Part shown: positions 13,433 to 26,084 of the stretch, in pieces
Numbering within the stretch: position 1 is the stretch's first letter
Layout of the letters: the number at the start of each line of letters is the position of its first letter
Source of the DNA: Callorhinchus milii
Taxonomy: Eukaryota
Direction: 5' to 3'
Length of the DNA: 64,000 bases
NCBI RefSeq assembly: GCF_018977255.1
Contig: NW_024704742.1
Span: 129,272,001-129,336,000 of the forward strand
Translations under genes and position numbers: made by a program
The notes under the pieces: generated by a model
The model's database searches: none
What the model was told of the DNA's origin: nothing
What the model saw: the letters and a program-made list of their open reading frames with translations, nothing else

Positions 13433-14884
13433 GAGCAACTTTTAATGGGTGAGGGGCTGATTGACTGGACCATTAGGATTATATCCCCAGACGAGTGTTG
13501 ATGTGTGGATGAACGGTTATTTATGTTCCAATGAGTGGGCGGGTGGGAAAACTGCAACAGAGTCTAGTGATTATACTTCCATGTGGGAAGAAACATCATC
13601 TGGTGAATCACAAGGCACTCCACTGCAGTCTTCTAATGGCTGAGAAAAATATCACTGGCTTACACCTGAAACAGTTTATTTGGCCATCCTGAATAATAGT
13701 AACATTCAGCCCAGGGTATCAGCCTGCCTTGTCTCTGAGTCAGAAGTTTGTGTGTTCAAGACCCACGTCAAGACATAAAACTCATATAATCCAAGCTGGC
13801 ACTCCAATGCAGTGGTAGGAGTGTGCTTCATTGTTGGAGGTGCGGTCCTTTGGGTGAGATCTTAAACTGAGGCCCCATCTACCTGTTTAGTTGACATTAA
13901 AGATTCCATGGCATGACTCAAAAAGAAAAGGGTGTTTCTTCCAATGTCCTGGTCAACAATCCTTCAAATAAAATTGTTTATTCATTTCATGGTTCTTTGT
14001 GGGATATTGCTGTGTGCAAAATAGCTGTCACATTCATCACCAAAATAAACACAGTCACTACACTTTATAGTAAATCCCGTGGGGGTAATAATCACTTCAA
14101 AAAATAAAATAAAAATAATAATAATAATTTGGTCACTCAATCCACAACTGTTTTTGGGACACTGCTGTGGGCAATTGCTGCCACGTTTCACACAAAAAGA
14201 TATACAGTCAATTCACTTTACAGTATATTCCTTGCATATATTCTGTAAAGGGCTTTGAAATGTCTCAAAGATGTGATAAGATGCTATATCAAATGCAAGG
14301 ATTACTGTTATTATTACTGACAAATTATGTCGAGAACGTATCCAAAACAGAGGTGAATAGGGTTGCATTGTCAATCCAATCTCTTTGCTCACTCCTTGCC
14401 TGTCTTCATATCACACCTGAAGACCTTCCTCTTCGACCATGCCTACTATCATCTGCCCTCTCTCCCTGGCTCAGTGTCTTAGGACTTGGAAGGGGATACC
14501 AGTCATTGGGTGTATGCAGTGCTCTCAATGGTAACCTATGTTGTTTTAGCTGGTTACATTCCAGCAGTGCCCCAACGCATATCCTGGGCTCCCCAAGCCT
14601 TAGCTCTTGCCAGCCTGTGCCCAATAATTTCTGGATTTAAATAATTTCTGGATTTCTAATAGACATCTCTGGAATTTCCATGTGAGGTGCGATGCATGGA
14701 ACTCTCAGTTTGGTTTGGATACTCAAGATTGTGATAGGTTTCCTCATGTATCAGACAACCAGCTGACCCCCAAAAAATGCAATTCGTTGTTGTTGTATTG
14801 TATTCAACATTCACATTTTGTGTCTCTTGGGCTGTCTGAAATTGGTTTCATGTAGATATTAAGTTCTGCTGAAAGGATCACCAT

Positions 14885-16170
14885 TTGAACAACAGCAGCA
14901 ACAACAACTTGTACTTATACGACAACAACAACAATAACATTCCATTTATAGTGCACCTTTCACGTCGGGAGGACGTCCCAAAGCGCTGGACAGTTGGGTC
15001 AGGACCCGAGCAGGAGGGAAATGGTCAGGGTAAGGGGAGGGAAGGGAGGGAGCAAGGAGGGGGGAAATGGTCATGGTGAGGGGAGGGAAGGGAGGGGCAA
15101 GGAGGGGGTAGAGAGTTGAGAGGGGAGCTGAAGGCACGGTCAAAGAGAAAGGTCTTGAGACCGGCCTTGAAGGAGGAAAGGGAGGAAGCAAGGCGAAGGC
15201 ACTGGGGGATGGAGTTCCAGAGCCTCGGGGCTGAGAAGGCGAATTGTAGGGCGGTTGGGGAGGGGGATGTGGAGCAGACTGGAGCCAGAGGAACGGAGGG
15301 TACAGGCAGGTAGGTAGGGGGATAGTAGGTCGGAGAGGTAGGAAGGAGCAAGGCCGTGAATGGCCTTGTAGGTGAGGATGAGGATCTTGGATTCGATCCT
15401 CTGGGGGATGGGGAGCCAGTGGAGGCGAGTGAGGGTGGGAGTGATGTGTTCCCGAAGCCTGGTGCGGGACAGTACACGAGCTGCAGAGTTCTGAATGACC
15501 TGCAGCTTGTGGAGGGAGGTGCCAGGAAGGCCGGTGAGGAGAGAGTTCCCATAGTCCAGCCTTGAGGTGATAAAGGCATGGGCCAGAGTTTCAGCAGCGT
15601 GAGGGGTGAGGTAGTATAGCTCCCTTATATAGCTCCCTTCACTCGGGGTAGCATCTTGGAGTTTGATGTTGCGGAGTTTGATGTTGAGCCGAGGAGAAAG
15701 AGAAGTTGACCTTAGGAAAAATTGAATAAAGAGGAAAGTCTTCAGGCCCACCCGGCAACGGTGGGGCGGGTAAGGTGGGGGTGTGAAGCAGACCGGAGCC
15801 CGCTGAGCAGAGAGAGCCGGCAGGATGGTAGGAGGTTAAGGGGTTGCAGAGGTAGGGGGGAGCAAGGCCATATAGGGCTTTGAAGGTGAGGACCAGGATC
15901 TTGAACTGCATCCTCTCTGTGATGGGTAGCCAGTGGAGTCGGACAAGGATAGGTGTGATAGGGTCACAGAGCCTGGTGCGGGAGAGGATACTGGCTGCAG
16001 AGTTCTGGATGATCTGCAGCCCATGGAGAGAGGAGTTAGGGAGGCCGACAAGCAAGGAATTTGCATAGTCAAGCCTCGATGTTATGAATGCGTGTATGAG
16101 GATTTCGGCGGCTTGCAGTGTGAGATAATGGCGGAGCCGGACGATGAAGGCAGGCAGATGAAGGCAGGCA
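14885..16170 (-). mobile_element. Two stacked L2 LINE 3' fragments
   Basis: ORFs with HAFITSRLDYGNSLL, LQVIQNSAARVL, LHWLPI..RI..KIL occur twice; (aac)n tail at the left end. Confidence 0.92.
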
Positions 16171-16831
16171 GGTCATGGTATGGCTGTGGTGTAGAAACAT
16201 ACATACTGCAGGTGAAAGTCTCAGTAGTTTCACTTGGATGTCAAGCTAGGTGATCGGTTTCTGCTTGTGTCAAACACCCGACTGACAGGGAAATCAAGTT
16301 AGATTGCGAAATTATAATTATAAATAGTCAGACACGGCAATGGCAATAATAGTTTATTTATACTTTTCACAATTGCTCCTTATATATTTGCAACTGGTTC
16401 TGGATACAATCGCATCGTAACTTTTAGGTATGCACACAACAGCAAGTACATAAAACAACACAAACACATAGAACATTATGTTCAGCCAAACCTCAACTGT
16501 GGTTGTTACTTGCTGATCTCTTGTCTGATTGGCAGCTAAGCAAGAAGCAACTTTGAAACTGGTTCTGTGTGAGAGTCACTTCATGCACAGTTCATTTTTT
16601 TTTATTCCACGGATAGTTGACCAGGACGGCGGAAGAAATTCTTTTCTCTTTTTGATTACTGGCATGTAATCTTTAATGTCCACTTGAATAGTCAGCCAGA
16701 ACCTCGGTTTCACATCTCATCCAAAGACTGGCATTTCTGATCACTACAGCACTTCCCTAACACTGCATTGAGTAGTCAGGCTAGACTATGAGTTCAAAGT
16801 CCTGACGCGGGGCTTGAACCGACAACCTACT

Positions 16832-17113
16832 GAGAAGAACTGTTATAGAGTACGGCCAACTGTGTGAAGCGTCCATCCGCTTGGCAGCCTCCACGAGGCC
16901 AGAAATAGCTGGAGACCATTGGTTCAAAAACTTAAGATGGTGCTGAAGTATGAAAAATTCAGTCTTACTTTCAAAGTTGTAAACCAAATGAAGAATTGTC
17001 CAAACTTCTGTGGGATCTGAAATGTTGAGACAATGGTCTCACAAGCCAAAACCAAGAGAAATTTCGAGCCAAAAGTTCCTGAGGATGGTTTAACCATTTC
17101 CGTTCTTTCCTAT
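16832..17113 (-). pseudogene. Candidate pseudo-exon (IGKNGNG*TILRNFWLEISLGFGL*DHCLNISDPTEVWTILHLVYNFESKTEFFILQHHLKFLNQWSPAISGLVEAAKRMDASHSWPYSITVLL)
   Basis: Acceptor ttgtgcatccttcag; only 2 stops in ~94 codons; runs into a SINE at its 3' end. Confidence 0.6.
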
Positions 17114-17504
17114 CTGAAGGATGCACAAGTCATGCATAGTGTATATTATAATATTAATTATACTACTACTAATAAAAACCCTTGCATTTGATATAGTGTC
17201 TGATCATGTCGTTGAGACATCTCAAAAACTCCTGACAGAATTTACTGTGAAGTCGAGTGACTGTGTATTCTGTGGGAGAAACCCGGCAGCTCGTTTGCAC
17301 ACAGCAACATCCAACAAACAAATTTACATAAGGAATGATACACCTTGGTCACAAAGGAGCCTCAGTAGGCTTGGAAGAAGCTTCATCAATAAACGGGTAA
17401 GTTTTACATTCATGTTTACTTTGCGTTTACTGGAGTATTTATTTTACCCACAAAATACATACAGTTACCGCTTTACAGCACATTCTGCAAAGTGCTTTTG
17501 AGAT

Positions 17505-17826
17505 ACAACAACAATAACAACTTACACTTGTATAGCGAACTCCACGGTTGTTGGGGGGACGTGGCCATAAGCAAGGTCAGAGAGGAAGGTTTTCAGGTGG
17601 GACTTGAAAAAGGGGAGAGGGGACAAGACGGAAGGATTGAGGGAGAGTGTTCCAAAGTTTCGGGGCATAGTGGCTGAAAGTGCGACCTCCGATGGTGGGG
17701 CGGAGGGTGCGAGGGATGAGCAGGAGGCCAGTGCCAGTCAAGCGGAGATGCTGGGTGGTGGATTGGGGAGTGAGGAGGTCGGAGAGGTAAAGAGGTGCCA
17801 GAGAGTGAAGGGATTTGAACACAAGT
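17505..17826 (-). mobile_element. L2 LINE 3' end; similar short L2 tails at ~9630-10047(+), 29902-30300(-), 31106-31420(-), 34962-35335(-), 35971-36262(-), 38095-38300(-), 62840-63120(+)
   Basis: FKSLHSLAPLYLSDLL..TIGGRTFSHYAPKLWNTLP motif and the shared L2 3' UTR. Confidence 0.88.
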
Positions 17827-18131
17827 GACGTGATAAGACACTGTAACAAATGCAAGTAATATGATATTATATAAAAAAGGCAAAGTACTGCAGATATTAG
17901 TATATATTATTGTATGTATCCATTTCTATGCAAAAGCCTTTCATTTTAGTGCAAATGAAGCCAGATCAAACGACCCAGAAATTTGTTATAATCCTGAATA
18001 TTTTGAACTGGGGGAAGGGGAGGGGTGGAGGAAAAAAGTCAACAAGTAAGTGACTGCTCTGTAAGAAAGTTTCCTGAAGGTTCAGTGTGTTCATTGGACT
18101 CTGCTTCTCTTTCAGCCAGCTATCAGCTCAC

Positions 18132-18300
18132 CATCTGAAAACAGTGAAACAAAATATCCTAAGAGCAAATAAAGGCTAAAGCACTGTAAAAAATAAGACC
18201 TTTATTTCAACCCCTGGCAGGACGACAAGAAAGAGATCCTGGCCTCTAAATCAAGCAACTCGAACGTCTCAACAAAGATTCATTTGAAAATCAGAAACAG
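18132..18300 (-). pseudogene. Candidate pseudo-exon (LFLIFK*IFVETFELLDLEARISFLSSCQGLK*RSYFL...)
   Basis: Acceptor tttgactgcatcttgcag, donor ATG|gtgagc. Confidence 0.45.
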
Positions 18301-19265
18301 CTGCAAGATGCAGTCAAACAGGATCACAAGCAAAGCAGGTCAGCGTGATAGGAACAACACAACAACAACTTGTGTTACCTGCCAATATTTGTGAACGTCG
18401 CAAATAGAACCAGTACCGCTGGTGAGGATTATTACATCATGCAAAAAAAGTGTGATTCCTAACCTGTCTTTAGCTGCGGACAACTATGGGAGTGAACATC
18501 CACCCACCTTGCCCTACCCAATCTTCCCGGCACCCTCCCCTTCTCTATCCACCTTCAACTCAATTGTTTGACTCAAAGCTGATGTCCATCACTGCTTTTC
18601 AGTTCCACTGCCCAACTGTGATTGAGTTACTAATAATAATACCTTCAAAATATTTTTAAAATAATATTAACATCACTTTGAGATGTGAAAAGCGCTATAC
18701 AAATGTAATTTATTGTGATAAGTTGCTATATCAAATGCAAGGATTATTATTATTACCTCCCTTTTCCAGCAACTGACAGCAGCAATGGCAAAGGCACAGA
18801 CACCATGCTTAGTTTCAGACTAAACTATTGCACCAAAGTCTCAGAGCCTGGGTTGCTCACTCCCACACCTATCAGTGATAATTATGTGGAATCCAACCTG
18901 GTATTTTTCACCTTGATGTTAAGAATCTGATTGAAATTCTGTCCTCTGAATGCTGGAAACGTCACTTGAAATTAATTGGTTTTGTCACTTTGCTGTTAAA
19001 TTTGGCAGTTGATTTCACGATAAATATTATGAAAGGATTTGATTAGGTGAGCAATGATATGCTGTTTCCTCTCATTAGTGTGTCTCGAAAAGAAAGTATA
19101 AGATAAATACTCTGGCTCTCCTTGCTCAATCCTTGGGTAAATGGAGTTGAAGGGTAAGGCGAAATCTTAGGCGAGTTTCCTTACTCCACACGTCTCTATT
19201 TACCTAGCTGTAAGTGGGAACCTGGTTGTTTGCCGGATTGATTACGAGGAGTAATAATCCCTTCA

Positions 19266-19348
19266 ATAATAAATAAATGAATGAACGAACAAACAAACAA
19301 ACAAACAAATAAACAAATAAATAAATAAACAAACAAACAAACAAACAA
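19266..19348 (+). repeat. (AAAT/AAAC)n microsatellite expanded inside a SINE
   Basis: aataaataaatgaatgaacgaacaaacaaac... lies in the A-rich linker of the SINE at 19150-19520. Confidence 0.9.
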
Positions 19349-20436
19349 ACAAGTAAATAAATAAATAATTTGGTCACTCAATCCACGACTCTTTGTGGGA
19401 CACTTTTTCTCCCACAAAACATACAGTCAATTCACTTTACCAGTAAATTCTGTGAAGCGCTTTGAGACGTCTCAACGACGTGATGAGGCATTATATTAAA
19501 TGCAAAGATTATTATCATTATTATATCAGCCATTATCTAACAGAATGGTGGAACAGGCTCAAGGGGCTGAATGACCATCTCCTGTTCCTATTACTATTTT
19601 CCTATAATGACTCACTGGCACAAATGATAGCGTTCAGCAAGCCTTTCATTCTTTACCTGATTTAAATTATAATTAGCCAGAACATTCCATAACCAAGAAA
19701 AAAAACAGTCCTTATTTCCTACCGTTCACCCAACCAAAGAAAGATTCCATAGCATTCCGGCTCAGCATCATGCTCCGCCACTGTCAAGCGCTCTGGGATG
19801 CTACCGTGCGCTATATGAGGGGTGCTATATAAATGCAAGTTGTTGTTGTTTCTTGTATTGTCTGTAATTAGTGATGCAACGTGTGTGGATTCTTCATCCA
19901 AACAACTCCTATGATCCTGACGTGAAAAGAGCTATATCAAATGCAAACATTGTTATTAGTATTAATATTTAGGGTAAATAAGCACAATGGTTAACACTGA
20001 AACTAGCCATAGCTGCTGGCAATCACATCTTTGTTTCTACTGCGGGTATCTGTCGACAATTTTATTTCCCTCCCGGAATCCCTCCGACTCACCCCCTCCC
20101 TCACTCTTTCAATATCCATTTCAAGACCTTCCCCTTTGACCGTGCCTTTGGTCATCTTTCCCCTCCTGTCCCTCCCTAGGCTCTGTCCCTGAGTTCTGGT
20201 GCCAAGTCTGGACTAACAAGTGTCTTGGAAATGTCCTCGCAATGTGCTATAAAAAAAATTATTTCTATTATATTGTTTATTTCAGATCACGGGGAAAGGT
20301 GCTTAGTAGAGATCCAGAGGATCACTGAGATGATGCCAAAAGTAAAGCAGGAGTTTAATAAAACACACACATACTATAGTCAAGTTAAAAATCTATTTGC
20401 AAAAGTAAGCAATGCATGATGCTTTTGCCAGTTTAC

Positions 20437-20592
20437 TGTTTATATTTAATTGATTCAGTAAGAGCACTGGAAAGGGGTTTGCGCAATGAACTTATTTTTA
20501 ATTCTCAGTAAAGACTTATGGACTTTCCTTGAGTCCCTGCTGACATCTTATTGCCATGAACGAGAAGAGTATGTTGAATTGATAACATAAGG
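20437..20592 (-). pseudogene. Candidate pseudo-exon (LCYQFNILFSFMAIRCQQGLKESP*...)
   Basis: Acceptor tttggtttgtgttttag; phase-1 frame fits the preceding donor; 3' end uncertain. Confidence 0.35.
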
Positions 20593-20714
20593 CTAAAACA
20601 CAAACCAAATGTTCAGCAAATAGGACTCCTGTCGTAATGCGTTTTCATGCACATCTGCATCTGAAAGATCTGTATGATGGGATCTCCCTGTTGATTACTT
20701 ACTCTTCCCCTTGC

Positions 20715-20930
20715 TGAGAAGGTCAGGCTTCGAACCCTGGTCTCTGCTGAGTTATCTGATCTCAGCTGGCCTAGCAGTGGAGACGCTACAATTGACCTTA
20801 GTGCTCGAGAGTGTTGGAGAGGGAAAAGTTCAGCCAGCCTGTTCCTAGACGCTATCCAATGTCCTCTGCTGAAAACCGTACGTGCGTGCTCAGAATTTGA
20901 CATTCGAATTAGGCAAAAGCCATTATGCGG
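20715..20930 (+). mobile_element. Ancient tRNA-SINE, AmnSINE2-like; more degenerate copies at ~52190-52425(-) and ~2430-2500(-)
   Basis: ttcgaaccctggtctctgctgagttatctgatctcagc..gacgctacaattgacc..gggaaaagttcagccag..gacgctatccaatg resembles my recollection of that consensus; homology among the three copies is visible directly. Confidence 0.55.
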
Positions 20931-22701
20931 AGTTCTCAAAGCCGACACTAAGAAACCGTTAGTATAAAGTCAGCATCTTGTTACTCACAGGCAAGTGGCC
21001 AGCTGATCAGGAGGTGTAGCTGAAGGACAGTGCACTTAGTTAACTGGCACTAAGTAAGTAAAGGAACACATGTTTTATGCTTTCAACAACTTGCATTATT
21101 GTAACCAAAAACAACAACAATTTGCATTTATGTAGCTCCCTTCACACAGGACAGCATCTCGGAACTCTTAGTAGTGTTTGACACCGAGCCTGGGAGAAGG
21201 TGGAGGTGACCGTAAGCATGGTCGAAGAGGAAAGTATTCAGGTGTGATCTGAAGATGGACAAGAAGGGGTAATGAGGCAGAGACTTACAGAGTCTCAAAG
21301 GGTAATGACTAAAATCACGGCCTCCAATGGTGGAGTGTAGGGGAAGTGAAGAGTCCAAAGCCAGCTGAGCGAATGGACCAGGTAGAGGAGTAGGGTTAAG
21401 CAGGTCGGAAAGATAGCGAGGTACCAGGGAATGAAGTGATTTGTACGAAAGTGTGAGGAATCTTGAACTTGATCCGTTCTGCAATAGGGAGCCAGTGGTT
21501 CCAAGCAATGAGTGGAGTGATAAAATTGTTCTTTTTATGCAGGTAAAATGTACCCTTCACAATCATATTCACAGAGCAAGCAAATAGGAGCTCTGCACAC
21601 AACAAATGCCAGAAAATTGAAGAGATTGATTTTTGTGGTTTTTTGGTCGGCCGAGTGTCCACCCATCGACATTCTTCAGAGTATCCAAACCAAACTGAAA
21701 GCACCATCTTCCTGTCCGTAGCTCAGACATACATCCCTATCCATTGAGCGATGGGTCCATCAGTTGCGTGTGTGCAGCTTAAGATGCTTACCTCTCTGCA
21801 AGCCAATCAAGGTGGATTCCAGGCACTGGATGTACAAACACATCTTCACGAATTTGGACACCAGGTAATGCTTTCCAGCAGCTGGTTAATCCAGGTCCTT
21901 ATGTGAGAGACCATGGCAAGTAGACGTTCCTGTTGTGAAACCACCTCTACCTCTAGGGTGGCTAGTGACAGGTCAGTGTAGGTTGTAGCCCTCCCTCCCT
22001 GCAGCCATATTCTGTGTTTGCCACAAGATACAGAAAATATGACAGAGGAATACCCCAGAAGAGAAACAAATATGGAATGATAAGTAGTCTTTGAATTGTT
22101 AACTGAAAAGATAAAATAAACTGAGAGAAAACAAAGACATTTAAACTAACATTGCAGCATGTTCGATTGTATGGCAGCAATCATATTGCAGCATGATCGC
22201 TGCCATTTGATCAATGTCCCTGAATGCAAATAAATAGTCCTCTTGTGAGAAACAGCAAAAGTCCAGCACAGCTTGTCACTGCTATGTGGCAACAACTTTC
22301 CAAATGTTGAACAGAGAGTTCGCCGCGTCAGCTTGTTTAATAGCTTCTTGTTTGCACACGTAACCTGACCTGTTTTCTGAGATTATTTGGGGGTCAAACT
22401 ATCATGTGGTGCGTTTCCAGAATGTTTAATGAGCCAAGAAATTGTTGCCTTTGTAACCTTCAGCAAATCATGACCTAACTTCCTCTGATATTGTCATGGT
22501 AACACTTTAATTCACAGGTGTAATGTCATCCCGCCTGGGCACAAATTGGCTGCGAAATTTCCATACAAATGGACAGTCACTACACCTGACAACAATTGCC
22601 TATGAAGTTCTTTATGACGCTTTCACATTATAATAATCATAATCCTTGCATTTGATATAGCACCTTCTCACATCGTTCAGACACACATCATCTGTGAAGT
22701 C
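20928..22701 (+). repeat. Near-identical direct duplicate of 1-1761 (copy 2; ancestral right flank)
   Basis: Same sequence as 1-1761, but continues seamlessly into a full SINE head (gaagtcctgtagctcagtggttagagc), whereas copy 1 breaks at that point. Confidence 0.97.
21792..22011 (-). pseudogene. Candidate pseudo-exon (IWLQGGRATTYTDLSLATLEVEVVSQQERLLAMVSHIRTWINQLL / KHYLVSKFVKMCLYIQCLESTLIGLQR); duplicated at 861-1080
   Basis: Acceptor ttttctgtatcttgtggcaaacacag in phase 2, donor GAG|gtaagc; one frameshift, present in both duplicate copies. Confidence 0.55.
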
Positions 22702-23295
22702 CTGTAGCTCAGTGGTTAGAGCACTCACTTTGCAAGTGAGAGACCTGAGTTCAATTCCAGGCAGGTCAGGGCGAAACCTTGGGCAAGTTTCCTTACTCCA
22801 CACGCCTAATAATAATCCTTCCAAAACAAAAAACAATAATAAATTGGTCATTTTCAATCTACGACTGTTTGTGGGACATTGCTGTGCGCAATTGGCTGCC
22901 GCATTTGCCCACAAATATACAGTCAACTCACTTTATAGTGTGTTCTGTGAAGCGCTTTGGGACGTCCTCCCGACGTGAAAAGCGCTATATCAAATGCAAG
23001 GATTATTATTATTATTATCTCAAAACACTTCACAGAATAACTGTAAAGTGAATTGACTGTATATCTTGTGGGCGAAATTCCCACAAGAAAGTTCTTTGCA
23101 ATTTACCTGAGCTCCAGTAGACCTGAACGGTCAGAAAGAAACTGAGTTCTGCCACTTTCACCCCATCTTTCACCCACAAAATGTAGTCAATTCACTTTAC
23201 AGTACATTCGTGAAGCGCACTGAGATGTCTAGACGATGTGAAAAGCGTTATATCAAATGCAAGGATTATTATGTATTATTAATTGTCATTCTTAC

Positions 23296-23633
23296 CCCTG
23301 AGAAACTGTGAAAGTGCAGGAGAGAAAAGGTTGGCACTGGGCAGGCAAGGTCAGGTCAAGAACAAGAGGACTTTGCTGTGTAATGCCAGAGAGAGCCCAG
23401 GATTTGCCCAGTTTCGCATCAGCCCTGACAATACAAACCACTCTGGATTTGAAGTGGAAAAAGTTCAGTAGCTTATAAACTCCGCTCCTCACCTCAATAA
23501 GCAGAAAGCATAGGCAGCCTAGCCTGCAAATACAGCTCTGGCATCCTCATCTGAATTTCTTGGTGCAAGTGTGCCTGACCTCATGTCAACTTCCTGCTTG
23601 ACTAGCTGCCCTTAGGAGATGTCCTCAGTTACC
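23296..23633 (-). pseudogene. Candidate pseudo-exon (...FLLIEVRSGVYKLLNFFHFKSRVVCIVRADAKLGKSWALSGITQQSPLVLDLTLPAQCQPFLSCTFTVSQG)
   Basis: Donor GGG|gtaaga ends ORF 23292-23492 in phase 2, matching the next exon; acceptor position uncertain. Confidence 0.55.
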
Positions 23634-25895
23634 CTTCACATCAAGGCAACCAAAGGAAGGGGAAGAAACAGAAGGTAATAGAGAAAAATCACTGCATTTT
23701 CATATCATTACATTTTGTGCTTTTTACAAGTTTTTTAATATATTTTTCAATAATAATAATCCTTGCATTTGATATGGTGCCTATCATGTCATTGAGACAT
23801 CTCAAAGCACTTCACAGAATATACTGTAAAGTAAATTGTTTGTATATTTTGTGGGCAAAACACAGTAATGGATTGAGTGATCAAATTATTATTATTATTT
23901 GTAGTAATAGTATTTCGTTTTTTTTAACACTTTTCCATTATATGCTGGGAGGGGGAGAATGTGGTTCATTTCTCTCTCCCGCTGTTTGTTCCAGGGAGAA
24001 AACCACTAAATTCTGCCATCATGGTTTACAATGCAGCACATTATGATAATAACGAAAGGAATTAGAAGGGAATTTAGGAAACAATTCTTCACGCAGAGAG
24101 TGGTGGGATGTGTAATTCTCAGCCACAAGCTCCTTGAATTAGTTAGATAATACATATGAATCCTTGCATTTGATTTAGCGCCTTTCATGTCTCAAAAACT
24201 CTTCACAGAATTTACTGTAAAGAGAAGTGAAATTTTGTAGGCGAACCCAGCAGCCAATTTGTGCATAGCAATGTTCCACAAACAGCCATGGAGTGATTGA
24301 CCAATGTTTATTTGGGGATTTATTGACCAGGACACTGGGAGAAACTCCCTTTGCTTTTTGAATAGTGCCAGAGGATCTTGAAGTCCATCTGAAGGGGCCT
24401 TGGTTTGATGCCTCATCTGAAGGACGGCACCTCTAACAATGCCAGTGCTCCCCCAGCATTATTTTGGAGTGCAAGTCAGGACTATATGTGTTCATTGTCC
24501 CAAAGTGGAGTTTGAACCCACAACTTTCTGACTCAGAGACCAGAGTGCTATCAACTTTGCCAACACTTGACAAAGAAGAATATTAAAAGACGGGGCAGTG
24601 AGCTGGAAGTGGTCTTTTTTCATCTAACAATTCCTGTTTCAAAATTTCTTTTACAATTTTTTTGGGGGGAGATAGAGTACATAGGTAACTTGAGACATGA
24701 TGTATAATAAGTGTAGTATGGTTTGGAAGAACCAGGCAATTTTGGATCTAAGGTTCCCATAGCTTTCCACTCTGTTGTAGACTAATCCATACAGAATTAA
24801 TTGCTATCAACATATCCATTATTGTAGCATGCGACTTCCATAAGAACATAAAGAAATGCTAGACGAAATGCTAGTTGCCTTCCACCTTCCTGGCAGTCGC
24901 CTTCTACAAGGATGGTAGAAGGCGAACTAGATGGACCTTGATCTTTTTTCGTCTAGAGATTCCTATTTACCTATGATCCTAGTGGGATTAAATCACTAAT
25001 CAGGAAGCATTTTTTCATGCAAAAGTAGTGGAAATCTGGAACTCTATCCCCCAAAAGGCTGTGGATACTGGATCCGGTAACATTTTTCAAGACTGAGGTG
25101 AATAGATTTTGTTAGGTAAAGGTATTATGGGATACAGGTCAAAGGTGGATAATTAGAGTTGAAGTGTAGATCAGCCATGATCTTATAGAATGGAGAAACA
25201 GGCTAGAGGGGCTGAATGGCCTACTTCTGTTTCTATGTTCCTATAAATCAGAGAGTGATTCATGCGGAGAAAAAGCTCCAAGATAGACTCCAAGAGGCTT
25301 GTCTCTGTCCCGTTCCGATTCCAGGATTCTGAGCCTGTGAACGAGGCACAGGAGAGGGGGGAAAAGAACTGCAATGGGAATTTAACTGAAACCTTTCAAT
25401 AAGGCACAGAGACTGAACATTTTACATGTTTTTTCCAAGTAATGAGGAAATAGTCTGTCAATTTAGCAGAAAACTGTGTTCAGACGGAGAGTCAATAATG
25501 TGCATTTTCAGTTGCTGAGGTCTGCACTGGGGAAAATGTCCAAGCTATTCAGCAAATATATATATATGTGTACTGTATATATATCAATATATATTCAAGA
25601 GTGATACATAGAAAGTACACACATGCTAAGCCTGCCCCCAACAGGCTGACTATAGATAACATTTGGCACTTTAGTGCTGTTTTCAAGATTTTGGAACTGT
25701 TTTTCCAATTATTGTTTACTTTCTATTCTGAATGACTGAAATTCACCAGTGAGTCAGATAGCCTTGGTCTCTGAAGGAGCATTTAACTATATTGGTTGGT
25801 ATACAGTTGGATATCAAAGTCACTTCACACGGTTTAACTGCCCATCAGTAACCCTGGGGAAAGGCTCTCTTTTATTCTGTTGTTATGTGATGTGA

Positions 25896-25896
25896 N
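25896..25896. other. Single ambiguous base (N); possible contig join or uncalled base
   Basis: tgtgantttt. Confidence 0.9.
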
Positions 25897-26084
25897 TTTT
25901 TTTTGCTTCTTTGTTAGCCAAGTTGGGTTCTTTTCAATCTTAGCTTAACACATAAAGTATAGGCAAACCAAATTCACTACTGTCTGTGAAGAAATGCCAA
26001 GCGACAGTTCTCCAAATGAGAATAAAAGGGGAATTTGTTCCATGTAAGTTTCTGAGATCTAGTGTCATTCTTTGCAAAGGTAAT

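Noticed and set aside
16880..17120. Plus-strand frame with a Tigger/CENP-B-like F..SS*GWFNHF motif
   Set aside because: More stops than the minus-strand frame, and no TIRs or other transposase motifs.
18221..18338. Plus-strand coiled-coil-like exon (DDKKEILASK / IKQLERLNKDSFENQKQLQDAVKQD)
   Set aside because: Needs a frameshift, has a weak donor, and overlaps a minus-strand candidate exon that fits the larger pattern better.
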